Numbered from the stretch's first letter, positions 1-9,401 are shown. The stretch is 64,000 nt of DNA from an uncultured Candidatus Binatia bacterium (GCA_965213675.1 OZ243916.1:576001-640000), one strand, 5' to 3'. Made by a program: numbers and translations. The notes: generated by a model not told the origin, from the sequence alone.

Positions 1-492
1 TTGGAACGCATCCGCATCGCCACCTACGCGGTGGCCGTCCGGAACGCCGCGGGCGAGCCCGAGAAATGGGATCCCAGGACCCGCGAAACCGCTGATCACA
101 GCCTCCCGTACGTGGTTGCCGCCGCCCTGACCGACGGCGCGCTGACCCCGGCCAGCTTCGACGAGAAACGTATCGGCGATCCGCTGCTGCGGCCGCTCAT
201 GCGCAAGGTCGAGGTCGGCGAGGACCCCGAGGCCACCCGCAACTATCCCGCCCAGCAGCGGGCCCGAATGGAGATCGAGCTGCGTTCCGGACGCCGGCTG
301 ACACAAGCCGCCGACTACCCCAGGGGTCACAGCCGAAATCCGCTTTCCGACGACGAGCTCGAGCGGAAGTTCCTGGGCCTTACGACGGGCGTCCTGTCGC
401 CGTCGCGGCAGAAGTCGCTGGCGGAGCTGCTGTGGCGGTTCGACGAGCTTGAAAATCTCGATGGCTTGTTCGAAGCTGCCCGAGTCGAATAA
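1..492 (+). CDS. MmgE/PrpD family protein, C-terminal part (5' truncated by window edge)
   Basis: Motifs P-x-T-RETADHSLPYVVAAAL-DG and YPRGH-x-NPLS, typical of the PrpD C-terminal domain; ORF starts at base 1. Confidence 0.85.
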   Translation: MERIRIATYAVAVRNAAGEPEKWDPRTRETADHSLPYVVAAALTDGALTPASFDEKRIGDPLLRPLMRKVEVGEDPEATRNYPAQQRARMEIELRSGRRLTQAADYPRGHSRNPLSDDELERKFLGLTTGVLSPSRQKSLAELLWRFDELENLDGLFEAARVE

Positions 493-536
493 CGCCCTCT
501 CCCGCCGAGAGGGGCCATTCAAGAGGAGGTTTCATC

Positions 537-914
537 ATGTCCAAGCTGGCCCAGTTCCGTTCGTGGAATTTCAATGCCGAGGATCTGGACAAGACCGTGA
601 GCTTCTACCAGGATGTCCTCGGGGCCACGGTCCGCAAAAAGCACGTGGTGGCTGGCGTGGATGTGGTCCGGCTCAATCTCGGCGGCACCGTCCTGGGCGT
701 CTTCGACGCCTCCAAGGATCGCCACCCCCGCGTCCCTCACCACACCTTCGAGATCGACGGATCACCGGGCGAGCCCGAGGACTTCGTCAAGGAAATCGAG
801 GCCAGGGGCGCCAAGGTCAGCGAAATCCGCCGCCACGGCGAGGGCAAAGGGTACTCGGTCTACGTCATCGACCCGAGCGGAAACCGGCTGGAGTTGTCCA
901 CGTCGTCGGGGTAG
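537..914 (+). CDS. VOC/glyoxalase family protein
   Basis: DLDKTVSFYQDVLG, HHTF and YVIDPSGNRLEL motifs; RBS GAGGAGG upstream. Confidence 0.85.
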   Translation: MSKLAQFRSWNFNAEDLDKTVSFYQDVLGATVRKKHVVAGVDVVRLNLGGTVLGVFDASKDRHPRVPHHTFEIDGSPGEPEDFVKEIEARGAKVSEIRRHGEGKGYSVYVIDPSGNRLELSTSSG

Positions 915-945
915 GAGCTCGTGGCGAGGGTGGGAACACGCAAGC

Positions 946-974
946 TTGCACATGACCCGTTTGAGGTCTATATT
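946..974 (+). promoter_or_regulatory. Sigma70-type promoter of the Phd-ParE operon with overlapping putative operator
   Basis: TTGCAC(946-951)-N17-TATATT(969-974); GACC-N7-GGTC inverted repeat in the spacer and GGTCT direct repeats. Confidence 0.55.
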
Positions 975-994
975 TGGTCTTTGGGGAGTCCGTC

Positions 995-1267
995 GTGAAG
1001 CTGTCCAGTCAGATCAAGCCCATAAGCTACCTCAAGTCCCACGCGGCCGAGATCGTGCGAACGCTGGGCAACAGGGGGGAACCCTTGATCATCACCCAGA
1101 ACGGTGAGGCCAAGGCCGTCTTGCAGGATATCGACACCTACGAACAGATGCAGGAGACGGTTGCGCTGCTCAAGATTCTGGCGCTGGGTACCCGCCAGAT
1201 CGAAGCCGGCCAAGTTCAGCCGGCCACGGAAGTCATCGCGCGGCTCCGGGCGCGACAGACTACCTGA
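995..1267 (+). CDS. Type II TA antitoxin, Phd/YefM family
   Basis: IKPISYLKSHAAEI...PLIITQNGEAKAVL signature; GTG start after GGGGAG; 1-nt overlap with toxin. Confidence 0.9.
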   Translation: MKLSSQIKPISYLKSHAAEIVRTLGNRGEPLIITQNGEAKAVLQDIDTYEQMQETVALLKILALGTRQIEAGQVQPATEVIARLRARQTT

Positions 1268-1593
1268 TGTCGTTCGCGGTCCAGTTGACCGAAGACGCGC
1301 TACGGGACGTGGAGGAGATCGACGACTACGTCCGGCAGCACGATGGGCCGCGTCGTGCGGATCATGTCCTGGAGCGGTTCGAGTCAGCCTTCGCGAGTCT
1401 GTCCGATCGTCCTCACAGCGGACGCTATCCACGGGAGTTGCTGGACACCGGGGTTCGGGAGTACCGCGAAATCTTTTTCAAGCCCTACCGTATCGTCTAC
1501 CGGGTGATAGAGAACAGTGTCTACGTGCTGCTGATCGCCGACGGGCGGCGTGACATGCAAACTTTGTTGCAACGGCGCCTGCTCCAGGCATAG
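1267..1593 (+). CDS. Type II TA toxin, RelE/ParE family
   Basis: ALRDVEEIDDYV...GRYPRELL...YREIFFKPYRIVYRV...ADGRRDMQTLL; translationally coupled to antitoxin. Confidence 0.9.
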   Translation: MSFAVQLTEDALRDVEEIDDYVRQHDGPRRADHVLERFESAFASLSDRPHSGRYPRELLDTGVREYREIFFKPYRIVYRVIENSVYVLLIADGRRDMQTLLQRRLLQA

Positions 1594-1645
1594 GTCTTGT
1601 CGCGGTCTGGCGGCGGCTGACATGGAGTAGCTTGGGAACCTCAGC

Positions 1646-2581
1646 GTGCCGAATTCCAGGAAAGCACCGCTTGGCGCACTCTGCGTGGCACTGTTACTGT
1701 TCGCGGGACCGCAACCCGCGGCGTCCGATCCGGTTCTGATAGCCAAACGCGAGTCCGTCTACAACAACATCTACGTCTTCAAGGAAGGCCCCATCGTCAC
1801 CATGACGTTCGGTCACAACCGGGCGCTCTACACGGAGACGGTCTACGACACGCGCGACGAGTTCGCGCTCCCTTCACGATACACACGGTACATGACCGCC
1901 GTCCTCGCCTACGCGGGCGACGTGGACCGCGTCCTCGAAATCGGTTTCGGCGGGGGCCGGACCGCGTGGTACCTCCACAGGACCATGCCCGACCTTGAAG
2001 TCGTTTCGGTGGAGCTCGACCCGGAGGTGTTCGATCTGGCCAAACGTCACTTCGGAGTCCGGCTCGAACGGAATTTCAATGTCTCCATCGAGGATGGCCG
2101 CCGATACATTCAGCGTCGGAGAACACAATGGCCCGTCATCCTGATCGACGCCTATCGCAGCGCGTTCGTGCCTTTTCATCTGCTCACGACGGAGTTCTAC
2201 AAACTCGTCAAGACCCGCCTCAGCCCGGGCGGGGCCGTGGCGCAGAACGTCGAGCCCAACACCATGATGTTCGACGCCGCCCTCGTCACCATCGGCAAGG
2301 TCTTCGACCACGTGGACCTGTACGATGCGGGAGGCAACGTGGTGATGATCGCCTATGACGGGCCCAGGCGCGAACAGGCGCGGTTGGCGTCAACCGCCGC
2401 AAGGTTGGACGATGCGTTCGGGTTCAAGTACCCGTTGAGCGGAATGGTCTCCCAACGACGCAGCGTCGAGCGCCTGCCGGACACCGCCGCGCTCACGGAT
2501 GATTTCGCGCCGGTGGAATCGCTCCGCGCGATAAAGAGGCACAATCGCAAACTGGACGAGTTCCTGAAAGGGAAGTGGTGA
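1646..2581 (+). CDS. Spermidine-synthase-like SAM-dependent methyltransferase domain protein with N-terminal signal peptide
   Basis: ESVYNNIYV, EIGFGGG, VELDP, EDGR, ILIDAY, PFHLLT-EFY, LTDDFAPVE; hydrophobic N-terminal stretch. Confidence 0.8.
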   Translation: MPNSRKAPLGALCVALLLFAGPQPAASDPVLIAKRESVYNNIYVFKEGPIVTMTFGHNRALYTETVYDTRDEFALPSRYTRYMTAVLAYAGDVDRVLEIGFGGGRTAWYLHRTMPDLEVVSVELDPEVFDLAKRHFGVRLERNFNVSIEDGRRYIQRRRTQWPVILIDAYRSAFVPFHLLTTEFYKLVKTRLSPGGAVAQNVEPNTMMFDAALVTIGKVFDHVDLYDAGGNVVMIAYDGPRREQARLASTAARLDDAFGFKYPLSGMVSQRRSVERLPDTAALTDDFAPVESLRAIKRHNRKLDEFLKGKW

Positions 2582-3198
2582 TGGGACGTGCGATCGGTTC
2601 GGTGTGGCTGTTCCTGCTGATCTTTCTTTCCGGCTTCGCCCTCATGGGCTTCGAGATGTTGGGAAGCCGGTACCTCAATCCCTACTTCGGCAGCGGCATC
2701 ACGACATGGGCCTGCCTGATTTCCGTGGTGCTTTTCGCGATGATGGTCGGCTACACCATGGGAGGCATCGTCGCCGATCGTTCCCGAGAAATCTGGATCG
2801 TATCGAGCGTGCTCTCCGTCGTCGGAGTGTACCTGATCCTCGTGGCGTTCCTGGCGAACCGGGTCATGGAAGGCATCATGCTGTCCGCCGGCTACGACTT
2901 CTGGGGCATCATGCTCGCCTCCGTGTGTCTGACGTTTCTCCCCGTGGCGCTGCTTGCAGCGCTATCCCCGTTCTTCGTCCGTCTCTTGCTCAAGGAACTG
3001 GAGTACGGCGGACGTATTACCGGCGCCGTGTACGGAGTCTCCACCATGGGAAACGTGCTCGGCACCCTGGTGACCGTGTTCGTGTTCATCCCCAACGTGG
3101 GGACCAGCAAGATAACCGTGGTGTTCGGAGGCGTCCTGATCGCGTGCGGCGTGGCCTCACTTCTCCTGAGTCGCTCCGGCGCCGTGCGGGACGTCTGA
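2581..3198 (+). CDS. Membrane (MFS-like) domain of the fused MFS/spermidine synthase family, as a stand-alone gene
   Basis: FLSGFALMGFEMLGSRYLNPYFGS...W...ISV and GAVYGVSTMGNVLGT motifs; about 6 TM segments; TGATG coupling to upstream gene. Confidence 0.8.
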   Translation: MGRAIGSVWLFLLIFLSGFALMGFEMLGSRYLNPYFGSGITTWACLISVVLFAMMVGYTMGGIVADRSREIWIVSSVLSVVGVYLILVAFLANRVMEGIMLSAGYDFWGIMLASVCLTFLPVALLAALSPFFVRLLLKELEYGGRITGAVYGVSTMGNVLGTLVTVFVFIPNVGTSKITVVFGGVLIACGVASLLLSRSGAVRDV

Positions 3199-3238
3199 AA
3201 TATATTGAATGGCCCGCTATATGGACGGCCGTCTGGAT

Positions 3239-3295
3239 TAAAATGAACGATTTTAGTTGACAAATAGGTGAGTAGTTGGGAAATTTATTGCCATT
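3239..3295 (+). promoter_or_regulatory. AT-rich promoter/operator region upstream of AbiEi
   Basis: TAAAAT-N5-ATTTTA inverted repeat (3239-3255) next to a perfect TTGACA (3257-3262); no clear SD before ATG 3296. Confidence 0.4.
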
Positions 3296-4132
3296 ATGTC
3301 GCTGGAGCGTCTGACTAAAGGTTCGGCACGACTCAATGATTTCCTGGCCCGGCACGCCGTCTTCTCGGTGGACGAACTGGATGATTTTCTGTCCAACCGA
3401 GGGTCCAACAACACGAGCACTCGCGCATCGCTACTAGCCTACCACAGTAGACAGGGGCGGATCATCCACGTGCGTCGTGGCCTGTATGCCACCGTTCCGT
3501 TGGGATCGGACCCGGCCTCCGCGCCGGTCGATCCGTATCTGGTGGCGGCCAAGATGACCGAAGACGCGGTGCTGGCCTATCACACGGCCATGGAATTCCA
3601 CGGCAGGGCCTATGCCGTCCATTGGAGACTGGTCTACCTTTCAGCGATCAAGTCTCTTCCGCTCACCTTCCAATCGCATGCATATCGGGGTGCGCTGTTT
3701 CCACCGCCGCTCCTGGCGAAGAGCGCCGCAGGGTTCGGAGTCGTCCGTCACCATCGCTCCGGTGTGGAAGTTAGGGTGACGAACCACGAGAGGACCTTGG
3801 TCGATATGCTCGATCGGCCGGATCTCACTGGAAGCTGGGAAGAGATATGGCGCTCTCTGGAATCGGTGGAGTTCTTCGATTTGGATCAGGTCATCGAATA
3901 CACGCGTCTCTTGGAGAATGCCACCACCTCGGCAAAGGTCGGATTCTTCCTGGAGCAACACAGGGAACCGTTGATGGTGGAAGATGCCCACCTTGATGCT
4001 CTGCGTGGCTTGAGGCCCCGGCAGCCCCACTATATGACGCGCTACAACCGCAGAGACTGCAAGCGGGTCAAAGGCTGGAACCTGATGATCCCCGACGAGA
4101 TCCTCAATCGATCCTGGGGGGAGGTCACGTGA
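3296..4132 (+). CDS. abiEi: Type IV TA antitoxin, AbiEi family transcriptional regulator
   Basis: N-terminal wHTH (GRIIHVRRGLY), AYHTAMEFHG, RVTNHERTLVDMLDRPDL; GTGA overlap with AbiEii-like gene. Confidence 0.85.
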   Translation: MSLERLTKGSARLNDFLARHAVFSVDELDDFLSNRGSNNTSTRASLLAYHSRQGRIIHVRRGLYATVPLGSDPASAPVDPYLVAAKMTEDAVLAYHTAMEFHGRAYAVHWRLVYLSAIKSLPLTFQSHAYRGALFPPPLLAKSAAGFGVVRHHRSGVEVRVTNHERTLVDMLDRPDLTGSWEEIWRSLESVEFFDLDQVIEYTRLLENATTSAKVGFFLEQHREPLMVEDAHLDALRGLRPRQPHYMTRYNRRDCKRVKGWNLMIPDEILNRSWGEVT

Positions 4133-5094
4133 GATTCTCCTCGTCGGAAATATTGCCTTTGGCCAGGGCCAACGGCTTCAACGAACACGTTGTGGAGAAA
4201 GCCCTTCACTTGCTGCATCTCCTGAACACCCTCGACTCCCATCCATCACTCAAGGGGAAGTGGGCTTTGAAGGGCGGGACGGCCTTGAATCTGTTTGTGT
4301 TCAGCTATCCGAGGTTGTCCGTAGACATCGATCTCAACTACATCGGCGCGCTGGACCGTGAGGAAATGTTGGCGGATCGGCCCAAGGTCGAGCAGGCGGC
4401 TCAGGCCGTTTTTTCCAGAGAAGGGTTCACCGTTCGGCGGGTGCCGAGCGAACATGCGGGAGGAAAGTGGCGGCTGAGCTACCCAAGCTTCACCGGACAA
4501 TCGGTGAACCTTGACGTGGATTTGAACTTCATGTTCAGACGGCCACTCTGGGAAGTTCACCGCGCTGATTCGCATCCGCTCGGAGGCTTCCAGGCCAGAC
4601 GCGTCCCTCTTCTCGACCTGCACGAACTCTTAGCCGGAAAGCTCGCCGCACTGCTGTCCCGCAGACAGGCGAGAGATCTGTTCGATTGCCATCGGATTCC
4701 GGATATGGACGGTCTCCGGCGCGACCGGCTCCGCATCGCCTTCGTCGTCTACGGAGGAATGAACCGCAAGGACTGGAGGACTGTTTCACTCGAAGACGTG
4801 GACTACGATGGATCGGAGCTTGAAAGGCAACTCGCCCCCACGCTCCGTGCCCGCCCATCGCAAGAGCCAGCCTCACCAGCGGAATATGGCGCGCAGTTGG
4901 TACGCGGGTGCAAAAGGGCTCTGTCCGCCGTGCTGCCGTTCACCGATAACGAGCGAGCCTTCCTCGACGCGTTGCTTGACAAGGGAGAAGTCGACGCTAC
5001 GGTCTTGACCTCCGATCCGTCCCTCCAGGATCGGATTCAGGCCCAGCCGCTCCTTGAATGGAAGGCCCTCAACGTGCGGCGGCACAGGGGTTAG
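4129..5094 (+). CDS. abiEii: Type IV TA toxin, AbiEii/AbiGii nucleotidyltransferase
   Basis: VEK, LKGGTALNLF, RLSVDIDLNY, KLAALLSR-QARDLFD motifs. Confidence 0.9.
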   Translation: MRFSSSEILPLARANGFNEHVVEKALHLLHLLNTLDSHPSLKGKWALKGGTALNLFVFSYPRLSVDIDLNYIGALDREEMLADRPKVEQAAQAVFSREGFTVRRVPSEHAGGKWRLSYPSFTGQSVNLDVDLNFMFRRPLWEVHRADSHPLGGFQARRVPLLDLHELLAGKLAALLSRRQARDLFDCHRIPDMDGLRRDRLRIAFVVYGGMNRKDWRTVSLEDVDYDGSELERQLAPTLRARPSQEPASPAEYGAQLVRGCKRALSAVLPFTDNERAFLDALLDKGEVDATVLTSDPSLQDRIQAQPLLEWKALNVRRHRG

Positions 5095-5122
5095 GGTGAG
5101 TGTCAGTCGGTGAGCTTTCTTT

Positions 5123-5465
5123 GTGAGCTATGAAGCGGTTGGGTCCCATTCCGTGCAGATCGCACTGAAGGCGGCCCTTTACAACGCTTGGTGCCAAGCT
5201 GGGGTTTCGCAACACGGTCTTGCCCGCCCACCTCGACATGGCCGAGAGCGAGGTGCCGCGCATGCTGAATTCAGGACACAGAACCGAGGCTGCGACGATC
5301 GATCTTGTCCTGCGCCGGTTGGGGAAGCGCGTCCCCGTGACTGTCGGCGAGGCGGCGTTCCCGTTCGCCGCTGAACAGCACCTTGCGGCTGTCTACGAAC
5401 ACATTGCGCAGGACGCACTTCCGCACGCACAATGTGTGGCTGACCGGACCACGGCGCGAACTGCT
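5123..5465 (+). pseudogene. Decayed TA remnants: frameshifted HicB-type C-terminal HTH followed by a truncated ParE/RelE N-terminus
   Basis: SVQIALKAALYNAWCQAGVSQHGLAR in one frame continues as LDMAESEVPRMLNSGHRT..TIDLVLRRLGKRV in another; then AEQHLAAVYEHIAQDALPHAQCVADR resembles ParE helix 1. Confidence 0.6.
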
Positions 5466-6322
5466 CACCCAGCCCGTGCCGCCTGGATCGTCCTCTCCAC
5501 GTACACCTGCGCCAGATGGGAGCGGTAAACGGGAGTGGCGTTGACGTCCTCGATGGGGTCGATGCCGTCCGTGACCAGTGCCGCCGCGCTTGCGATGGTG
5601 CCGTCGTCGAGCTTCTGGCCCCGTAGCGCGGCTTCCACCTTTTCGGCGCGGAAGGCCACGTCGGTCATGCCGGTGACTGCCACGGCGATGTTCTCGCAGA
5701 CGCCGTCGGCGGACTCTTGCAGGCACACCGCGACGCCGACGATGGCGAAGCCGGCGGCTTGTCGCGACACCTTCTGGTACGAGGACTTGTAGCCCTCCCG
5801 TGCGGGCACCCGGATCTCCGTGAGGAGTTCTTCGGGCATGAGGCTGGTGGTGAGCATGGTGATGAAGAACTCGCCGGCGGGGATCCAGCGCTCGCCGTCA
5901 GGTCCGGTTGCCTTGAGTTCGGCGTCCAGGGCCAGGATGGCGGCGGGCAGGTCCTCGGCGGGATCGGCGTGGGCGAGTCCGCCGCCGACGGTGCCGCGGT
6001 TCCGCACCTGGACGTCGCCCACCACCACGGCGGTCTGGGCCAGTAGCGGGCAGCGGCTGAGGATCAACTCGGACTCCGCCACGTCGGTGTAGGTCGCCAG
6101 CGCGCCGATGGCGATGTGGTCTCCGTCCTCGCGGATGTAGTTGAGTTCGTCGAGGCCGCCGATGTCGATGATGACCTCGGGCTTGGCCAGCCGCAGCTTC
6201 ATGAGGGGCAGCAGGCTCTGGCCGCCGGCCAGGACCTTGGCGTCGTCCGCGTTGGCGGACAGCAGCGACAGGGCCTCCTCCAGGGAAGCGGGTGCGTGGT
6301 AGTCGAACGCGCCGGGAATCAT
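5465..6322 (-). CDS. Xanthine dehydrogenase/CoxM-family FAD-binding subunit
   Basis: True start MIPGAFDYHAPASLEEA; LAGGQSLLPLMKLR, QVRNRGTVGG-LAHADP motifs; the 928-aa track ORF has a spurious N-terminal extension. Confidence 0.9.
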   Translation of the reverse strand: MIPGAFDYHAPASLEEALSLLSANADDAKVLAGGQSLLPLMKLRLAKPEVIIDIGGLDELNYIREDGDHIAIGALATYTDVAESELILSRCPLLAQTAVVVGDVQVRNRGTVGGGLAHADPAEDLPAAILALDAELKATGPDGERWIPAGEFFITMLTTSLMPEELLTEIRVPAREGYKSSYQKVSRQAAGFAIVGVAVCLQESADGVCENIAVAVTGMTDVAFRAEKVEAALRGQKLDDGTIASAAALVTDGIDPIEDVNATPVYRSHLAQVYVERTIQAARAG

Positions 6323-8745
6323 GCCTGGGCCTCCTGAATCAATTGCCATACACGCTCGGGGGTGAGCGGCAGATGCCGGACCTTGACGCCGAAGGGTTCC
6401 AGGGCGTTCTCCACGGCGCTGGCGATGGCGGCGGGGGAGGGGATGGCGGCGCCTTCGCCCGCGGCCTTCTGTCCCAGCGGCGTGAACGCCGACGGAGAAG
6501 GCGCGTGTTCCACCTCGACGTGGGGGGTCTCGGCGGTGGAGCACTTGCCGTAGTCGGTGAGCGTGATGGTGAGGAGTTGGCCCTCGTCGTCGTAGACAAA
6601 GCCTTCGCCCAGGGCCACGGCGATGCCATGGGCGGCGGAGCCGTAAATCTGTCCGTCCACCACGCCGGGATTGATGATGGTGCCGTTGTCGCCCACGATG
6701 AGGTAGCGCAGCACTTCGACCTTGCCGGTGCGCGGGTCCACCTCCACGACGGCCACGTGGGCGCCGGCGCCGAAGGTGAACTGGGCGCGGACCCGGCGAT
6801 CCTGGCCCGGCACCATGTTGGGCTGGGCGTGGGGAAACGTGTAGTAGAACGTGGTCTGAAGCCCGGCGTCGATGCCTTCGGGCAGGAGCGACTGATTGTT
6901 GTAGGCCACCTTGCCGAGTTCGGCGAAGGTGAGCCTGCGCCGCGGGAATCCGGGAACGGTCACCACTCCTCCGGCGATCTCCAGGTCGGAGGGCGCGGCG
7001 TCGAGGATGTGCCCGGCCACCTTGAGGATCTTTTCCCGGAGTTGCGTGGCTGCGCCGATGATGGAGCCGATGTCGTAGAGGTGAAAATTGTTGCCGCTGT
7101 TGGCCGCGGCCACACCCCAGGGTGCGATGTCGCTGTCGAAGGGTGTGGTGGTGCTGATGACGTCCGGGCTTACGCCGAGAATCCCGGCGGCCACCTGGGC
7201 GGTGGTGGTTTCGTGGGCCTGTCCGCAGTTGGGGGAACCGAGATACAGGGCGATGGTGCCGTTCTTCTCCAGCTTGATGGTGGCGCCGTTGATGCCGCCG
7301 GAGCCGGGCGTCTCCTTCATCTCGGGGAAGATGGCCATGTCCCGGGCGGCGTTGCGGCCGCCGGGCTCCACGCCGATGACCACGCCGATGCCGAGGTAGC
7401 GGCCCGTCTCGCGCTCCCGCGCCTGCTCCTCCTTGAGCGCGGGGTAGTCCACCTTCTCCAACGCCCGCTTCAGCAGGCCGGGGTAGTCGCCGCTGTCGTA
7501 GATGTTGCCGTTGGGCGTGGTGTAGGGCATCTGCTCCGGCTGCACCAGATTCTTGAAGCGCACCTCGGAGGGGTCCATGTCCAGGTCCTGGGCCACCCGG
7601 TCGATGATGCGCTCCCAGATGTAGCACATGGCGGGCTTGCCGATGCCGCGGTTGGGAATCACCGGACAGCGGTTGGTGACCACGGAATAGCCGTCGGCGC
7701 GGATGTTCTGGACCTTGTAGGTGTTGCTCAGGTTGTTGAGCTTGTTGGTGAAGTGGATGGTGAGCGTACTGATGGAGCCGCCCACGTCGTCGATTTCCTT
7801 GAAGCGCAGCCCGTCCACCGTGCCGTCGTTCTTCACCGCGGCCTCGACGTCGAAATGCTGCTCGCACGCGTGGCCCGCGGCCATCATGTGCTCGTTGCGG
7901 TCCTCGATCCACTTGACGGGCCGGCCCGACTTGATGGCCAGCAACGCCACGATGACCACGTACTTGCGGATCAGGTGGATCTTCTGGCCGAAGCCGCCGC
8001 CGATGTCGGGGATGATGACCCGGATGTCGTCGATCTCGAGGGCGTCCCGCAGCGCGTCGTAGATGTTCTCCGGCACCTGGGTGTTGGTGCGCACCGTGAG
8101 CTTGCGGCTGAAGCGGTCGTAGGAGGCGATGCACGCCAGCGGCTCCAGCGGCGTCGAGCTGTAGCGGTGAATCTTGAGGTTCTCCCGCACCACCCGGTCG
8201 GCCTCCCGGAACGCCTTCTCGGTGTCGCCGTATTCCAGGGTGCCCTGCCACGCCAGGTTGGCGCCCAGTTCGTCGTAGATGACCGAGGCGTCTTCGCCGG
8301 CCATGGCCTTGTGAACGTCGGTGTTGGCGGGGAGGATGTCGTAGTCCACGGTAATGGACTCGAGCACGTCCTCCGCGGTGCTCCGGTCCCGGGCCGCCAC
8401 CGCGCCCACCGGCTCGCCCACGTAGCGCACCTTGTCCACCGCGCCGGCGTACTCCGCGATGGGCCGCTTGAGGCCCGCGGCGTAGCGTCCGGGGCGAAAC
8501 GGCCGGGTGTCCCGCTTGATGTCCTCGGGGGTCACCACCGCGAACACGTCCGGGCGGCTCAGGGCATCCTGGGCGTCCACGCCGGCGATGCGCGCATGCG
8601 CGTGCGGGCTCCGCAGGAACACCGCCTGCAACATGCCGGGCTCGGTGAAGTCGTCGGTGTATCGACCCCTTCCGGTGACGAGCCGCGGCCCTTCCTTGCT
8701 CCGGGCGGCAAGGCCCACGTACTGTTTCGGATCTCCGTTAGCCAT
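6319..8745 (-). CDS. Xanthine dehydrogenase/CoxL-family molybdopterin-binding large subunit (not a form I CODH)
   Basis: LRSPHAHARI, VRYVGEPV, DIGGGFGQK, GQAHETT, INPGVVDGQIYG, KAAGEG; active-site loop reads PNRGIGKP. Confidence 0.9.
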   Translation of the reverse strand: MANGDPKQYVGLAARSKEGPRLVTGRGRYTDDFTEPGMLQAVFLRSPHAHARIAGVDAQDALSRPDVFAVVTPEDIKRDTRPFRPGRYAAGLKRPIAEYAGAVDKVRYVGEPVGAVAARDRSTAEDVLESITVDYDILPANTDVHKAMAGEDASVIYDELGANLAWQGTLEYGDTEKAFREADRVVRENLKIHRYSSTPLEPLACIASYDRFSRKLTVRTNTQVPENIYDALRDALEIDDIRVIIPDIGGGFGQKIHLIRKYVVIVALLAIKSGRPVKWIEDRNEHMMAAGHACEQHFDVEAAVKNDGTVDGLRFKEIDDVGGSISTLTIHFTNKLNNLSNTYKVQNIRADGYSVVTNRCPVIPNRGIGKPAMCYIWERIIDRVAQDLDMDPSEVRFKNLVQPEQMPYTTPNGNIYDSGDYPGLLKRALEKVDYPALKEEQARERETGRYLGIGVVIGVEPGGRNAARDMAIFPEMKETPGSGGINGATIKLEKNGTIALYLGSPNCGQAHETTTAQVAAGILGVSPDVISTTTPFDSDIAPWGVAAANSGNNFHLYDIGSIIGAATQLREKILKVAGHILDAAPSDLEIAGGVVTVPGFPRRRLTFAELGKVAYNNQSLLPEGIDAGLQTTFYYTFPHAQPNMVPGQDRRVRAQFTFGAGAHVAVVEVDPRTGKVEVLRYLIVGDNGTIINPGVVDGQIYGSAAHGIAVALGEGFVYDDEGQLLTITLTDYGKCSTAETPHVEVEHAPSPSAFTPLGQKAAGEGAAIPSPAAIASAVENALEPFGVKVRHLPLTPERVWQLIQEAQA

Positions 8746-9211
8746 GGTCCACCTGTTCCGCGGCTTCCTTCACGGCCGCCACGATCTGCACATAGCCCGT
8801 ACACATGCACAGATTGCCCGCCAGACCCTCGCGGATCTCCTCCTCGCTGGGGTTCGGGTTCTTCTTCAACAGGGCGTCGGCCGCCATGATCATTCCCGGC
8901 GTGCAGTAGCCGCACTGGAAGCCGTAGTGGTTGATGAAAGCTTCCTGAACCGGGTGCAGCGTGTCGTCTTCCGCGAGCCCCTCGATGGTCGTGATCTCCT
9001 TGCCGTTGGCCTGCACCGCGAACATCAGGCAGGATTTCACCAGCGTCCCGTTGACCTGCACGCTGCACGCGCCGCACTCCCCGACGATGCAGCCGATGTG
9101 CGTACCGGTGAGACCAATGGTCTCCCGCAGAAAGTAGGAGAGGAGCTGGCGCGGCTCCACCTCTTCTTCGTACAACCGTCCGTTGACGGTTACCCGAACC
9201 GTCTGTTTCAT
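8738..9211 (-). CDS. CoxS-family 2x[2Fe-2S] subunit
   Basis: GC-x-x-GECGAC, QCGYCTPG, GNLC-x-CTGY. Confidence 0.92.
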   Translation of the reverse strand: MKQTVRVTVNGRLYEEEVEPRQLLSYFLRETIGLTGTHIGCIVGECGACSVQVNGTLVKSCLMFAVQANGKEITTIEGLAEDDTLHPVQEAFINHYGFQCGYCTPGMIMAADALLKKNPNPSEEEIREGLAGNLCMCTGYVQIVAAVKEAAEQVDHG

Positions 9212-9335
9212 GGTGTGATCGTCGCTCCCCGTGTGTTTGGATCGTGTTCCCGGCGCGTCGCGGGACGTGATCGCCGTTCATAATCGAAGGCGCGGCCGAA
9301 ACCCCGGCCGCGCCCTGAAACTGCACAAACGACGG

Positions 9336-9365
9336 TTTATAACGGGGAGTTCGCGGGAGTGTCAA
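9336..9365 (-). promoter_or_regulatory. Sigma70-type promoter of the cox-like operon
   Basis: Minus strand TTGACA-N18-TATAAA; GC hairpin at about 9289-9315 in the leader. Confidence 0.55.
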
Positions 9366-9401
9366 ATCACGGCTTCGGGACCGGTGATCGATGGCTCCAA
9401 T

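Noticed and set aside
6319-8745. Aerobic CO dehydrogenase
   Set aside because: Lacks the AYxCSFR Cu-binding motif, and no coxDEFG accessory genes are present.
6292-8889. Long antisense or alternate-frame ORFs (865 aa here; also 28702-31767, 33683-36808, 60496-63765, and the N-terminal extensions of the 928-aa and 802-aa ORFs)
   Set aside because: Shadow ORFs expected in high-GC coding DNA; they overlap well-supported genes and show no family motifs.
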